From Candidatus Bathyarchaeia archaeon (GTDB lineage: Archaea > Thermoproteota > Bathyarchaeia > 40CM-2-53-6), in assembly GCA_049513715.1 (NCBI GenBank), contig JBEKVV010000001.1, positions 480,001 through 544,000 on the forward strand: a stretch of DNA of 64,000 nucleotides. The letters are read 5' to 3'. The notes under the pieces are model-generated. The model was not told the DNA's origin and ran no database searches. It saw only the letters and a program-made list of their open reading frames with translations. Below are positions 19,491-29,666 of this stretch, one piece after another. Both the position numbers and the translations under genes were made by a program. Each line of letters opens with the position of its first letter. Position 1 is the first letter of the stretch.

Positions 19491-19736
19491 CTACTTGTTT
19501 GGCCCTCCCAGACTTGGCCCGATGGCTCTGGGGTTTTGGAGCCACCGCATGGCTGCCTTCTTGGTTTTGAACTCCTCGACAAAACAGTCGGCTGTGGTGT
19601 TGTCTGTTGCGACCCACCATTGGCCCTCCTTGGCCAAGTAAAGTGCTCGATAGCGCTCCATCTTCCACCGCTCGCTATGTTCAATGAGACGGTGAATGAA
19701 CCGCTTCGAGACCTGCCTGACTCTGCGCTTCTTCAA
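19491..19736 (-). CDS. Phage/plasmid-like hypothetical protein
   Basis: WVATDNTTADCFVEEFKTKKAAMRWL; GGAGG SD; 4-nt overlap with the upstream gene. Confidence 0.65.
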   Translation of the reverse strand: MKKRRVRQVSKRFIHRLIEHSERWKMERYRALYLAKEGQWWVATDNTTADCFVEEFKTKKAAMRWLQNPRAIGPSLGGPNK

Positions 19737-19978
19737 GATTTGTTCGCCTCCTTATCGGGGGAATAGTTCGCTACTCCTTCCTCGAAGATGTCCGGAAGAT
19801 CTGCGTCACAGCGTGGGCATTTTTGCTCGCATGAACCGCCGTAGGGGTCGGTGTTGCTGTATGTGCCTGTCTTGGGGTTGAACTCGTATTGCTCGCAGGT
19901 GCCGTACTCGACCTTGTCCAGCGGTTCGCCGCATTCGGGGCATTTTGGAGCCTGGAAGTGTTCAGTCGAATTCGGCAT
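19733..19978 (-). CDS. Zinc-finger hypothetical protein
   Basis: CPECG...CPRCD. Confidence 0.65.
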   Translation of the reverse strand: MPNSTEHFQAPKCPECGEPLDKVEYGTCEQYEFNPKTGTYSNTDPYGGSCEQKCPRCDADLPDIFEEGVANYSPDKEANKS

Positions 19979-20348
19979 AGAGCGCTCCCTTCCTGATTGC
20001 TTCGGTGATGTTGGTTTCCGATTCTAGTTGCTGGTCGGTCAGGTTCTCCTGTTCGCTGTCATCGATCAGGTTGAACACGTCCCAGTGGCTCTTCTCGTAC
20101 CAGACACGTTTGCTTGACCGAAGTCCGCCGGTGAGGCAGAGAAAGACATCAACTCCGTCGGCCTGGGCGGCGAGTGTTCGAAGTTCTTGAAGAGTTTTGA
20201 TTTGTGGTTTGGCGGCTTTCAGTTGTTCCGCCAAGGTGTCGAGCAGCTTGGCTTCCTGGGGGTATACTTCTGGGTCGGTGTCGAAGTCGCTCAGCCAGTC
20301 CAACGCGTACCTCAGGGTTTCAGGGTCGAGTTCGATCTGTAGTTTCAA
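19962..20348 (-). CDS. Hypothetical protein (start revised to TTG 20348)
   Basis: MKLQIELDPETL...GGLRSSKRV...FNLIDDSEQ...NITEAIRKGALY; TTGA overlap with the upstream microprotein. Confidence 0.65.
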   Translation of the reverse strand: MKLQIELDPETLRYALDWLSDFDTDPEVYPQEAKLLDTLAEQLKAAKPQIKTLQELRTLAAQADGVDVFLCLTGGLRSSKRVWYEKSHWDVFNLIDDSEQENLTDQQLESETNITEAIRKGALYAEFD

Positions 20349-20494
20349 CCTTGAACCGCATCCTTCGGGTGTCTGACCTCGAAGTTCGTGTTCCAGTCGG
20401 GAGCGATCACCGCTTTGCTTCCGCAGACCGGACATCTTCCGTTCTTCCTGAGGTTTCCGTGGTTGTTTGGACATTCGTATTCCACATCGTCCAT
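20345..20494 (-). CDS. 49-aa zinc-finger microprotein (not in ORF track)
   Basis: GAGGTGA SD, then MDDVEYECPNNHGNLRKNGRCPVCGSKAVIAPDWNTNFEVRHPKDAVQG. Confidence 0.65.
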   Translation of the reverse strand: MDDVEYECPNNHGNLRKNGRCPVCGSKAVIAPDWNTNFEVRHPKDAVQG

Positions 20495-20501
20495 TTCCAT
20501 T

Positions 20502-21350
20502 TCACCTCACGGGTTCGCTTCGGCGGATGGCGGGCATGGCCGGCGCGACCATGACCCTCCTGGCAACGTCCTCGTACCTTTGCCTCGCCAACGGTTGCGC
20601 TGCGAGTTTGTGCGTCGCGTAGTTCGTCAGCGCGTTCGCCAGGTCGTATTTGGTGAGGTCGGTAGTCCGCTCCAGCCTCCTAACGATCTTCTCGGAGACT
20701 TTCGGCCCGATGTCGAGCCTTTTCAGCACGGTGTTGACGTCTTCAGTGAGGCGTTCTTGGGCTGCTCGTTGGACTAGCCGCTCGAACTGGGGCCGCTGTT
20801 CTCGGATGCGGCGGATAGCGAGCCGAACCCAGTTGCGGACGCTGCTGCTTCCGACGTGGATTTTTCTGGCCGCCATTTCCTTCGTCCACGCGTGCAGGCC
20901 GTTCTCGCAAACCTTCCTCCACGCGTAGTAGGCTGCGCTGACTGCGGTGCTTCCGTCGTAGCTGTTTCCGAAGAGAATGCCGTCCCTGTAGGTGTCTCCG
21001 GATATTGGCTGGAACTCTTGCGGTGAGAGGGCGGTTACCCAGATGCGCCCCTCGTCGTTCCAAGTGTCGACTCTGCCGTGGCTGTCGTCAAAGCCGAATT
21101 CCGCCAGCTGGGAGACCACTGCCTTGATGAGGGCGGCGTGCTGGACCACGGTGTAGGTTTTGCCCGAGATTTGCCAGAGCCTGTCGCCGCTGAAGACCGC
21201 TTTGTAGTCTCCTGCGTTGCGCCAGGTTTCTGCGGCACGGGAAAACTTGGCTAGTGACTTGGTTTCTGCCACCGGCAGCTTGTCGCCGACGGCTAGGAGT
21301 TCGTCCAGGCCACTGAACTCATAGCTCGAAAACTTCGTTGCGTTGCTCAA
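20502..21350 (-). CDS. DUF932/DUF945-family phage/plasmid protein
   Basis: YTVVQH, GILFGNSYDGS, RKVCENGL, IHVG, YDLANALTNYATH; GGAGGTGA SD. Confidence 0.82.
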   Translation of the reverse strand: MSNATKFSSYEFSGLDELLAVGDKLPVAETKSLAKFSRAAETWRNAGDYKAVFSGDRLWQISGKTYTVVQHAALIKAVVSQLAEFGFDDSHGRVDTWNDEGRIWVTALSPQEFQPISGDTYRDGILFGNSYDGSTAVSAAYYAWRKVCENGLHAWTKEMAARKIHVGSSSVRNWVRLAIRRIREQRPQFERLVQRAAQERLTEDVNTVLKRLDIGPKVSEKIVRRLERTTDLTKYDLANALTNYATHKLAAQPLARQRYEDVARRVMVAPAMPAIRRSEPVR

Positions 21351-21454
21351 TCCAATTTCACCTCCATTTTCATTTCTTCGTCGTCGGTCGTTCGGTCGTG
21401 CGGGACGCGGCTTTTACTAGCCGCCTCCCAAGTTTTCGTTTCAATAAATCCCAC
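21347..21454 (-). CDS. Possible 35-aa leader microprotein
   Basis: GGAGGTGA SD plus GTG; the stop overlaps the DUF932 start (TTGA). An alternative 28-aa frame is 21370-21456. Confidence 0.35.
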   Translation of the reverse strand: MGFIETKTWEAASKSRVPHDRTTDDEEMKMEVKLD

Positions 21455-21848
21455 AATCTCACCTCCTTTGGTTGTCGTGGGGGCCAGCGTTCAGAGAAGT
21501 CGTGTTCGGTGTCCGGCAGAGCGTCCGCTGACCAGTCGACGCTCGTCCGGTTTCAGGGATTAATGAGAAAACCTACGCCGTTTACGGGCGGCAGGAATTG
21601 TAGTCCGCTTTTGAACCGGCTGCGTAGGCGTACCGGTTGGGGACGTGAAGCGAGCAATCCTCCTGCACTCCTTCTCGAAGGCTTAGAAAACCAAAACCAC
21701 CCTGACAGACCTGAAGGTCAGAACTACTCATGCCCCGTTCAAGGATGCAACGAACTGGACTGATGTCAGGCGTCCACTAGCAGATTTGCTACGGTACATA
21801 TGAAAGGCTAATTTCCAAGAACCCGACCTACAACCTACTCGACGACAA

Positions 21849-22442
21849 ATGCCTTTCTGCTCACAGTGCGGTACCGAAGTAGAGTTGCATTTCTGTTGGC
21901 GATGCGGTGCACCCCTATTCCAAGCAGACTACGAACTTGTGGCTGAGGCAGTAGATGAGCTTGGTCGCCGCTTCATAGATCAGTATGAGGGATTGGAGCG
22001 ACAGATCCGAGCCGCTTTCAGTGATGCAAGGTTCGCTTTCCACGAAGCCATCGGGTGCTGTAAGAATGGAAACTATCTTGCTTCTGCAGTAATGTGTCGG
22101 GAAACCATCGACGGCATAATCCTCCTAGCAGTACTTCACACTGTAGATTCGCAAAAGCAACCAATCATCGACATCAACACGCTAGAGCAATTTTCGGAAA
22201 AAGAAATTCCTTGGGATCAATTAAGGCAGTGGGCAACGGATAGAAAATACGTTGATCAAACGCTTCTGAACACGATTCAGGACATACGAAAACTAGGCAA
22301 CTTCGCGGCCCATTACGTTGAACAAGTCATGCGAGGAGTAGCAGAGGCAGCTAGTGCACCATACCGAGTATGGATTTCCCCTGAGGAAGCGTACAGATCC
22401 TTACACATCGTGAGTCAATTCGTTATGAGCGTAATAGGATAA
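21849..22442 (+). CDS. Zinc-ribbon + DUF4145 (HEPN-like) protein
   Basis: CSQCG..CWRCG; EAIGC...ASAVMCRETID; IRKLGNFAAH. Confidence 0.75.
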   Translation: MPFCSQCGTEVELHFCWRCGAPLFQADYELVAEAVDELGRRFIDQYEGLERQIRAAFSDARFAFHEAIGCCKNGNYLASAVMCRETIDGIILLAVLHTVDSQKQPIIDINTLEQFSEKEIPWDQLRQWATDRKYVDQTLLNTIQDIRKLGNFAAHYVEQVMRGVAEAASAPYRVWISPEEAYRSLHIVSQFVMSVIG

Positions 22443-22681
22443 CTCTGCCTGTAATCAAGAACGCAATTAGGAGTTGTGAGACTCATCTAAACAGCAGCGG
22501 CGCGAGAGGCTCTGAAATTGAATCATGTTTGACGCGCTACCTTCTGAATTGCCACTCTTCTTCCGCGAAATCGTCCTGTTTCTCTCGGACACAAAGGGGC
22601 GGTCCTGTGAGGTAGTACTTAAGACCAAGCAGGTTCCGATTTCTGGAGCGTGTCCAATCAAACCAGACAGGTAGTGAGACG

Positions 22682-24061
22682 ATGAACGTGATAATAGAGG
22701 GTGCTACGATCGTCACAATGGATGACAGTCGGAGAGTAGTCAACGACGGAACATTAGTAATAGAACAAGACCGGATCGCTAAGATTTGCAAGCACCATGA
22801 GCTCCAGAAGACGCAATATCATGGATATGAGATTCTTGACGCGCGAGGGAAAGCGATATTCCCAGGGTTCATAAACGCACACACTCATGTTGCTATGCAA
22901 CTGTTTCGCGGAATTTGTGAAGATCAGCCCAACTCACTCTACGACTACATTTTCCCGATGGAACGCTATCTTACCGGTGAAGACTGCTACATCGGGAGCC
23001 TGCTCGGTTGTGTAGAAGCATTGAAGTCCGGGGTCACATGCATCTCAGACCACTATCATTTCATGGAGCACACTGCAAAGGCCGTGGAGGAGACTGGAAT
23101 CCGCGGAGTACTAGCACACAAAATATGGGAAATCGATCTCTCGGACCCGCCACGTTACGACCTGAAAGCCAAGCGCGGGGTGTACAATTACGTCAGAGAA
23201 GAAGCAGAAAAGAGACTAGCAGAAGGAGTAAAACTGGTGCGGGAGTGGCACAACGCTGCCAGCGGGAGGATCACATGTCGTCTGGGGCCCCACGCGCCAG
23301 ACACGTGTTCTACCGAAATCCTACAAAGAATCAGAGAACTCGCCAGCAAGCACAACGTTGGCATCTTCATTCATTGTTCTCAGTCAGAAATGGAGGTTCA
23401 GCAGATCCAGCGACGCTCTCGCAAGAGTGGCTCAGTCGATTACCTAGACAACATAGGTTTCTTGGGCCCAGACGTACTTGCCGCCCATTGTATCTTTGTG
23501 AATCAGAAGGAGATTCGTGTCCTTAGGAACACGGGCACAAAAGTCTCGCACAATCCAGTTTCGAATGCTGAAGACGGAGTCGTAGCTCCGATTGTTGATA
23601 TGCTAGGATTAGGAGTCACTGTAGGTCTTGGAACTGACTGTTTTTCAATGGACATATTAAGTGAGATGAGACACGCCGCATTGCTCAACAAAGTGAAGCA
23701 TGGCAACCCCTTGGTTATCTCAGCTCGAAAAGTCTTAGAAATGGCAACGCGTGGGTCTGCACAGTGCTTGGGTCTAGAGAAAGAAATTGGATCGCTTCAA
23801 GAGGGAAAGAAAGCTGACATCGTAATAGTCGACCTGAGAAAACCCCACCTCGTCCCTATGAAATCCGTAGAAACGAACCTAGTCTACTACGCTCTACCTT
23901 CAGATATCGACACAGTCATAATAAACGGCGAAATCGTTGTCAAAGATGGCAGGGTCACTACTATCGACGAGAACATGATACTCGAAAAAGCCCGGAAAAC
24001 TGCGCGGGATTGGTGGAAGAGAAGCGGTAAAGTGCCGGACTCTGACCAACACATGATTTAG
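22682..24061 (+). CDS. Amidohydrolase, MtaD/SsnA/AtzA-like family
   Basis: PGFINAHTH, GPHAPDT, IHCSQS, AAHC, GLGTD, GKKAD. Confidence 0.9.
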   Translation: MNVIIEGATIVTMDDSRRVVNDGTLVIEQDRIAKICKHHELQKTQYHGYEILDARGKAIFPGFINAHTHVAMQLFRGICEDQPNSLYDYIFPMERYLTGEDCYIGSLLGCVEALKSGVTCISDHYHFMEHTAKAVEETGIRGVLAHKIWEIDLSDPPRYDLKAKRGVYNYVREEAEKRLAEGVKLVREWHNAASGRITCRLGPHAPDTCSTEILQRIRELASKHNVGIFIHCSQSEMEVQQIQRRSRKSGSVDYLDNIGFLGPDVLAAHCIFVNQKEIRVLRNTGTKVSHNPVSNAEDGVVAPIVDMLGLGVTVGLGTDCFSMDILSEMRHAALLNKVKHGNPLVISARKVLEMATRGSAQCLGLEKEIGSLQEGKKADIVIVDLRKPHLVPMKSVETNLVYYALPSDIDTVIINGEIVVKDGRVTTIDENMILEKARKTARDWWKRSGKVPDSDQHMI

Positions 24062-24352
24062 CTCATCCAAGCTGACTAACGCTCCCCAAAGAACCCCTCA
24101 GAGTACTCGCTGCAAGGATCTAAGAGTGATTTCGTACGGAGAAAGCCTAGTTCTCGGACTGCCTCTATTCAACTTCCTCATGATTTCGTTTGCGAGGCCT
24201 CTGAAGCCGTCGTTTTCCTATCTTCAATCTCATATAGCATATAAGACTATAAGACAGCATCCAAACTAGGTGGCGGAATTTGCTTCAACCGATCTCTCTG
24301 AGGTCACTGGGGGATCCACAACGGACATGCATCTAGCAACGAGGGAAAGAAG

Positions 24353-25609
24353 ATGACTTTGGACTTAATCATTAGAAATGCCTACCTCAGAACCCCCGAT
24401 GGTGTCTTCGATATCGGCATTGCGGGAGACAGAATTGAGCAAATAAGGAAGAAAGTTGCCGAAAGAGGCGAAACAGAACTTGATGCAGCCGGGAACTTGG
24501 TTTCGCCCGGGTTTGTGGACTGTCACACCCATATGGACAAATGCCTTACCGCAACAGGGGGGAGGTTCCCGAAATACAACGAGTCCAGAACAGACATTGT
24601 CGACTCAGTGAGCGCGAGGGATGAGTGTATTAGAATTGGATTGCAGTACTTCGAAAGCGCTACAATCGAAGAAATAAAAAAGCATGTGCTTGAACACGCG
24701 TACATGCAAATATCCAATGGAACTCTATGGACTAGGACGCACGTGGACGTTGATAGCATTGCTCGTACAAAGGCGGTCGAAGCTGTTCTAGCTGCTCGTG
24801 AGGAACTGCACGGCCTGATCGACATCCAGATAGTCGCATTTGCTCAAAGCGGGCTTCTGCGCGACAAAGGCTCTCAGGGTCTGGTTGAAAAGGCGCTGGA
24901 GATGGGGGCTGACGCGCTGGGTACTGTAGATCCCGCGACCTGTGACAATAACATTGAATGCTCGTTGGATCTGGCGTTCAAGATTGCCAAGAATTATGAC
25001 GTTGACATTGATCACCACATCATGGATTCAGGAGCTCTCGGCATCTATACTCTGCAGCGCCTAGCAGAAAAGACGATACGGAATGATTACAAGGGAAGAG
25101 TCACGGCAAGTCATAGTTACTGTCTTTCTGATGCCCCTAAGGCGCTGTTCGACCAGGTAGTTCGCCTTCTTAGACAAGCAGAGCTGAAATTTGTTACGTG
25201 CTATAGTAGTTCTCCTGCAGCCATGCCGGTCAAGAGATTACTCGATCTTGGAATTCAAATGGGCATAGGCTCCGACAACGTGAGAGATTTTTGGATAGCC
25301 GGAGGTAGCTGCGATATGCTTCAAGGCGCGCTCATTGAGACACAGAGGTGGGAAATGCCAACCAACCAGGACATGGATCTAATCTGGCGAATGATTACAA
25401 TAGAAGGCGCAAAGGTTCTGGGTATTGAAGATCAATACGGAATTGAAGTTGGCAAGAAGGCGGACCTTGTTGTGCTAGATGCCCCTTCTCCCCAATGGGC
25501 AACGATTGCCCAAGCCAAGAAATCATACGTTGTCAAGAACGGTAGAGTTGTGGCAAGGGAGGGACATGTAGTTTCTAATGCTAACGTAGTGGACAAAAAA
25601 GGGAACTAA
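24353..25609 (+). CDS. AtzC-like (N-isopropylammelide aminohydrolase / cytosine deaminase family) amidohydrolase
   Basis: HTHMDK, TRTHVDVDS, VAFAQSG, VDPAT, SDNVRDFW, QGALIETQR, YGIEVGKKADLVVL, SPQWA. These match AtzC as recalled. Confidence 0.85.
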   Translation: MTLDLIIRNAYLRTPDGVFDIGIAGDRIEQIRKKVAERGETELDAAGNLVSPGFVDCHTHMDKCLTATGGRFPKYNESRTDIVDSVSARDECIRIGLQYFESATIEEIKKHVLEHAYMQISNGTLWTRTHVDVDSIARTKAVEAVLAAREELHGLIDIQIVAFAQSGLLRDKGSQGLVEKALEMGADALGTVDPATCDNNIECSLDLAFKIAKNYDVDIDHHIMDSGALGIYTLQRLAEKTIRNDYKGRVTASHSYCLSDAPKALFDQVVRLLRQAELKFVTCYSSSPAAMPVKRLLDLGIQMGIGSDNVRDFWIAGGSCDMLQGALIETQRWEMPTNQDMDLIWRMITIEGAKVLGIEDQYGIEVGKKADLVVLDAPSPQWATIAQAKKSYVVKNGRVVAREGHVVSNANVVDKKGN

Positions 25610-25853
25610 ATGGTCTGCGCGAGGGAGTTCAGGTTCGACGAAGCTCAGAATCTGCGCATTTGTTCAGACAGCATGATGCGCTCAATGCCATCATTTTTGT
25701 GCATTCGATCCATTCATAGAGACGTACAGACTCATCCGTGACATGTATGCGACTCCTTTACTTCAGAACAAGTCTCGCAAAAGGTTCCTCTGCGACGGAG
25801 CGCAAGCTTTTTACGCGTACCGCATACCACCTACACCCCGCGGCGAGTACCAA

Positions 25854-27617
25854 ATGGATTTCACCGTGTTTGACAGAGTCGATCTGATTGATGTAGCATT
25901 AGGAAAGGTACCAGCTGATTTGGTTGTAAGAAATGGAAAGCTGGTGGACGTCAATACAAGAGAAATCTACGATGCAGATGTCGCCGTGAAGGGAAGAAGA
26001 ATTGCTTGTGTAGGCGATGTAGATCATACTGTTGGCTCTAAAACAGCGACTGTAGATGCAAAAGGGAAATATCTGGTGCCAGGTCTCATCGACGGGCACT
26101 TTCACGTAGATGACTCATTGATCACGGTGACAGAACTTGCGAAAGCTCTCCTGCCAAGAGGCGTTACCGCTGTATTGGGCGATCCTCACGAAATCGCAAG
26201 CGTACTTGGCATGAAAGGAATTGGGCTGATTCAAGACGAGTCCAAAAACCTGCCTCTCAAGGTTTTCATTCTTGCGCCTTCACATGTTCCCGCTGCGCCT
26301 GGTCTTGAAACCACTGGAGCAGAAATCGGGCCGGGGGATGTCAAGAACATGCTGTGCCAGAAGGATGTTCTTGGTCTTGGTGAGATGAACCCGCCCCATG
26401 TCCTAGATAAGACCGAGTCGTATCTTCGCAAGATTCGCTACGCCTATGAAAGCGGTAAGGTCGCTAATGGTCATGCGGCTGGTCTTACAGGGAGAGAGTT
26501 AAACGCCTTCATCGCGGCCGGGCTGCAAGATTGTCATGAGACGGTGAGAGGAGAAGAGGCCCTAGAAAAACTGCGCCTAGGGATGAAAGTACTAATAGGA
26601 TGGATTAATATCCCGAATGTCATGGGGGCCCTCATCAGTAGTGGGTGCAGCCTAAGGAATTGCTTATTGTGCATCGACGACATACATCCAACGCATTTGG
26701 TTCGTGACGGGCACCTCGACCATGCGGTAAGAATGGCCATAAGAGAGGGCCTAGATTCTGTGACTGCTGTTCAAATGGCCACGATTAACTGCGCAGAACA
26801 CTACAACTTGGATAAAGATCTCGGTAGCATTGCACCGGGTAAGATTGCGGATATCATCTTACTTGACGACCTTGAAAACTTCCGTGTCAATAGTGTCTTG
26901 GTTGACGGAGAACTGGTCAGTGAAAAAGGGAGACTGCTCATGGAACTAATGCCGTTCAAATATCCTGAGTGGGCCAAGAAAACAATCCATCTGAAGGATA
27001 AGATCAAACCACAAGACTTTGAGATCAAAGCAAAGATAACATCGGGTCGCATAAAGGTCAGAACCATTCAGCTAGTCCCGATGGGGATGTTCTTCGATAA
27101 GAAGGAGATCGTTGCAGACCTTTTGGTGAGACAAGGGAACGTTCAAATGGATATCGAAAACGATGTGTTGGAAATGGCTGTTGTTGAACGGCACAAAGCT
27201 ACAGGTAACATCGGCAAGGGTTTCGTCAAGGGATTCGGACTCAAGCATGGAGCTATCGCGTCCTCAGTTTCGCATGATCACCACAATATTGTGGTCCTTG
27301 GAACCAACCATTACGATATGGCGACATCTGTAAACAGAATTGTGGATATTGGCGGTGGCTTCACAGCGGTGAAAGAAGGTGTAGTAATCGGACAGTTGGA
27401 GTTGCCCGTGGCGGGGCTCATGTCCGAAGAATCTATTGAAGTTGTCGCAGAAAAGTTAGAAAGACTTGAGGAGGTTGTATCAAAGGATCTCAAAGGACAG
27501 ATGCCGTTTTTCTATCTGATTTTCATTTCGTTGCCAAGCATTCCAGAGTTGGGATTAACGGATAAGGGGTTAGTCGACACTCGAACATACAGTCTTGTAG
27601 ATCTAATGATCGAATGA
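25854..27617 (+). CDS. ade: Adenine deaminase (binuclear Ade type)
   Basis: PGLIDGHFH, DPHEIA, LGEM, GHA, HE, DDIHP, VVERH, HDHHN, LPVAGLMS. Start placed at MDFTVFD. Confidence 0.88.
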   Translation: MDFTVFDRVDLIDVALGKVPADLVVRNGKLVDVNTREIYDADVAVKGRRIACVGDVDHTVGSKTATVDAKGKYLVPGLIDGHFHVDDSLITVTELAKALLPRGVTAVLGDPHEIASVLGMKGIGLIQDESKNLPLKVFILAPSHVPAAPGLETTGAEIGPGDVKNMLCQKDVLGLGEMNPPHVLDKTESYLRKIRYAYESGKVANGHAAGLTGRELNAFIAAGLQDCHETVRGEEALEKLRLGMKVLIGWINIPNVMGALISSGCSLRNCLLCIDDIHPTHLVRDGHLDHAVRMAIREGLDSVTAVQMATINCAEHYNLDKDLGSIAPGKIADIILLDDLENFRVNSVLVDGELVSEKGRLLMELMPFKYPEWAKKTIHLKDKIKPQDFEIKAKITSGRIKVRTIQLVPMGMFFDKKEIVADLLVRQGNVQMDIENDVLEMAVVERHKATGNIGKGFVKGFGLKHGAIASSVSHDHHNIVVLGTNHYDMATSVNRIVDIGGGFTAVKEGVVIGQLELPVAGLMSEESIEVVAEKLERLEEVVSKDLKGQMPFFYLIFISLPSIPELGLTDKGLVDTRTYSLVDLMIE

Positions 27618-27690
27618 TACTGATCGAATGATACTGATCGAATGATACTGATCGAATGATACTGATCGAATGATACTGATCGAATGATAC
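27607..27690 (+). repeat. Perfect tandem repeat (TGATCGAATGATAC) x6
   Basis: Six exact 14-bp units. The first contains the ade stop codon. Confidence 0.97.
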
Positions 27691-27865
27691 AGGCTCAGTA
27701 TCTTGTTCCGCATTCCAACTTTTCCGAAGGCACATGCCGTCTGGTTCTTGGAACACGGTTTCTGTCAGGATCTCGCTGTTTTCGAGGTCGGTGACTCTGT
27801 TTCATTTCAGTTCCCATATGCCAGACAGGTCCACGAAGGTTGTGGCGGTTATGAGTCTACCGCGC

Positions 27866-29483
27866 CTACTCGGGAGGCAGCTCACGAAACGCTAGGTCCA
27901 GGTTTATGCCTTGCTTTAACCTGTAGGCCCTAGCCACGTAATAGATGACGACCCCTGATATGGTCGTAGCAAGTATGAAACCATTTCCAACCATAGAGCC
28001 TGGCGCGCTTAGGCCACCCCATACTACGCCCGCCATACCAGCGGAACCAAGAACAGCGATAATGGAGATCACGGGTACGCCGCCGATCCTAGCCCTAACC
28101 ATCCTAGGAGAGGCTTCAAAAAGTTCCTTCTTTCTGAATGGAAAGAATATTCCCCCTATGCAGCCGACACAGAAACACATGACCAACATCGTAACTTCAT
28201 TGTAGAGAAGCGCGAGCGCACTTGGCGTATAAGAATAAACTGCACACATGATGCCTCCGAGAATAATGCTGGCAACCGCAGCCACCCACGGCGAATGATA
28301 TCTCGGATGCACATCTGCAAGTTTCGACGGCAATATTTGGGCAAACGAGTAAGAAAAAAGAAATCTAGAGATGCTTATCAATATAACCAAGTTGAGGGTC
28401 CACAGGCTCCATACCATCGCAATCATTAGACTTAGTTGCAGAAAGACGTTGGGAATCAGCATTCCCAACAGGAAGTTTACGGTTGGAGGGGCCGCCAACG
28501 GGTAATTCGGACCAAGAGACAACGAGGCGAGTGCATTCGTAAAGTCCCATCCGACGACATCGTACCACCGGCCAAATATTGCAGCAAACATCACCACAAG
28601 CGTAACCATCATCATGATCATTGCAAGTGGCTGGCTCTTTCTAGGATTCTTTACTTCGCCGCCAACATAACCGGACCAGGCCGGCCCCAGAAAATACCAG
28701 AAACCTATGGTAATCGCGCCCAAAGAGGCCATTATGTCCGGCTTCGGAAAGGTCCCGCCGAGTTTTGCATATTGATTCAATACGTCTTGATACGTATTCA
28801 GCGAATGTGTAAAGGGCGCGTTAAATTGATTGAAAAGGGTGACGTACTGCGAATGTGTGGTGGTCACGAGAACCCAAGCGAGAAGAACTGGGATCCAAAT
28901 GTTTCCAATAAGCCCGAGGGTAAGAGCGCGGCCCTGGTACTTACTTCCGAAAACAACGAAAGCACCAGCTGAAATCAGGAATATTAATCCGAAGGCAAAA
29001 GTGTAGTTTGCCGTAGTCAAGAGGCTTCCAAAATTGACAAGAGCAGGGTTATTCGAAAATAGGCCAACGCTCAATACCCCGCCAGCCATCACGTAGTTCA
29101 CCGTCCAAGCAGCATATATTCCTAGAGCAAAAAACTCCGCAATGCACAAAATCCAGCTTGCGGCAAACCCAACAGCCGGATGCAGGTTCTGGGAGCTCCA
29201 CACAAAGTCGCCACCAGACCTAGGCATTGCCATTGAGAGAAGCATGTAAGTTAGTACTTGGAAGATGGTCACAGCAAAGCCGGATATCAGTATATAGGAC
29301 ATGTGTGCTCCGGGAAAAGACGTCGCAGCTGCGAGGGGTCCAGCGATAAAGGATGCAGCCGTACAAGAAGAGCCCATGTTCAATGCGTATGTTTCTAAAA
29401 GACTGAAATTCCTTACAAGACCACTTGCTTTTCTTACGTAGACGCCTTTCGGGCCGCTCAACCAACTAGCCCCGTGGTTCATC
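27866..29483 (-). CDS. APC family amino acid/polyamine permease
   Basis: VRKASGLVR, MPRSGGDFVW, GGEVKNP, SRFLFSYSF, about 12 TM helices. Start uncertain (track 29530). Confidence 0.88.
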
Positions 29484-29666
29484 CCAGGATCTACGTATAA
29501 GTGACTTGCGGTGCGGAAAGCAGAAAGCACGCTGTGAACGTGAACCCCGTCGTATTCTATGGGTGGAAAGAGAAGTTCATTGAAGGAGGGAAAACGTTCT
29601 CAAAGACAGGGGTCCACTCCACTTGTTATCCACTATTACTAGTGTAGTTTCCCAAATTGCTAACTG

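Noticed and set aside
27607..27690. CRISPR array
   Set aside because: The 14-bp units are directly adjacent with no spacers, and there are no cas genes.
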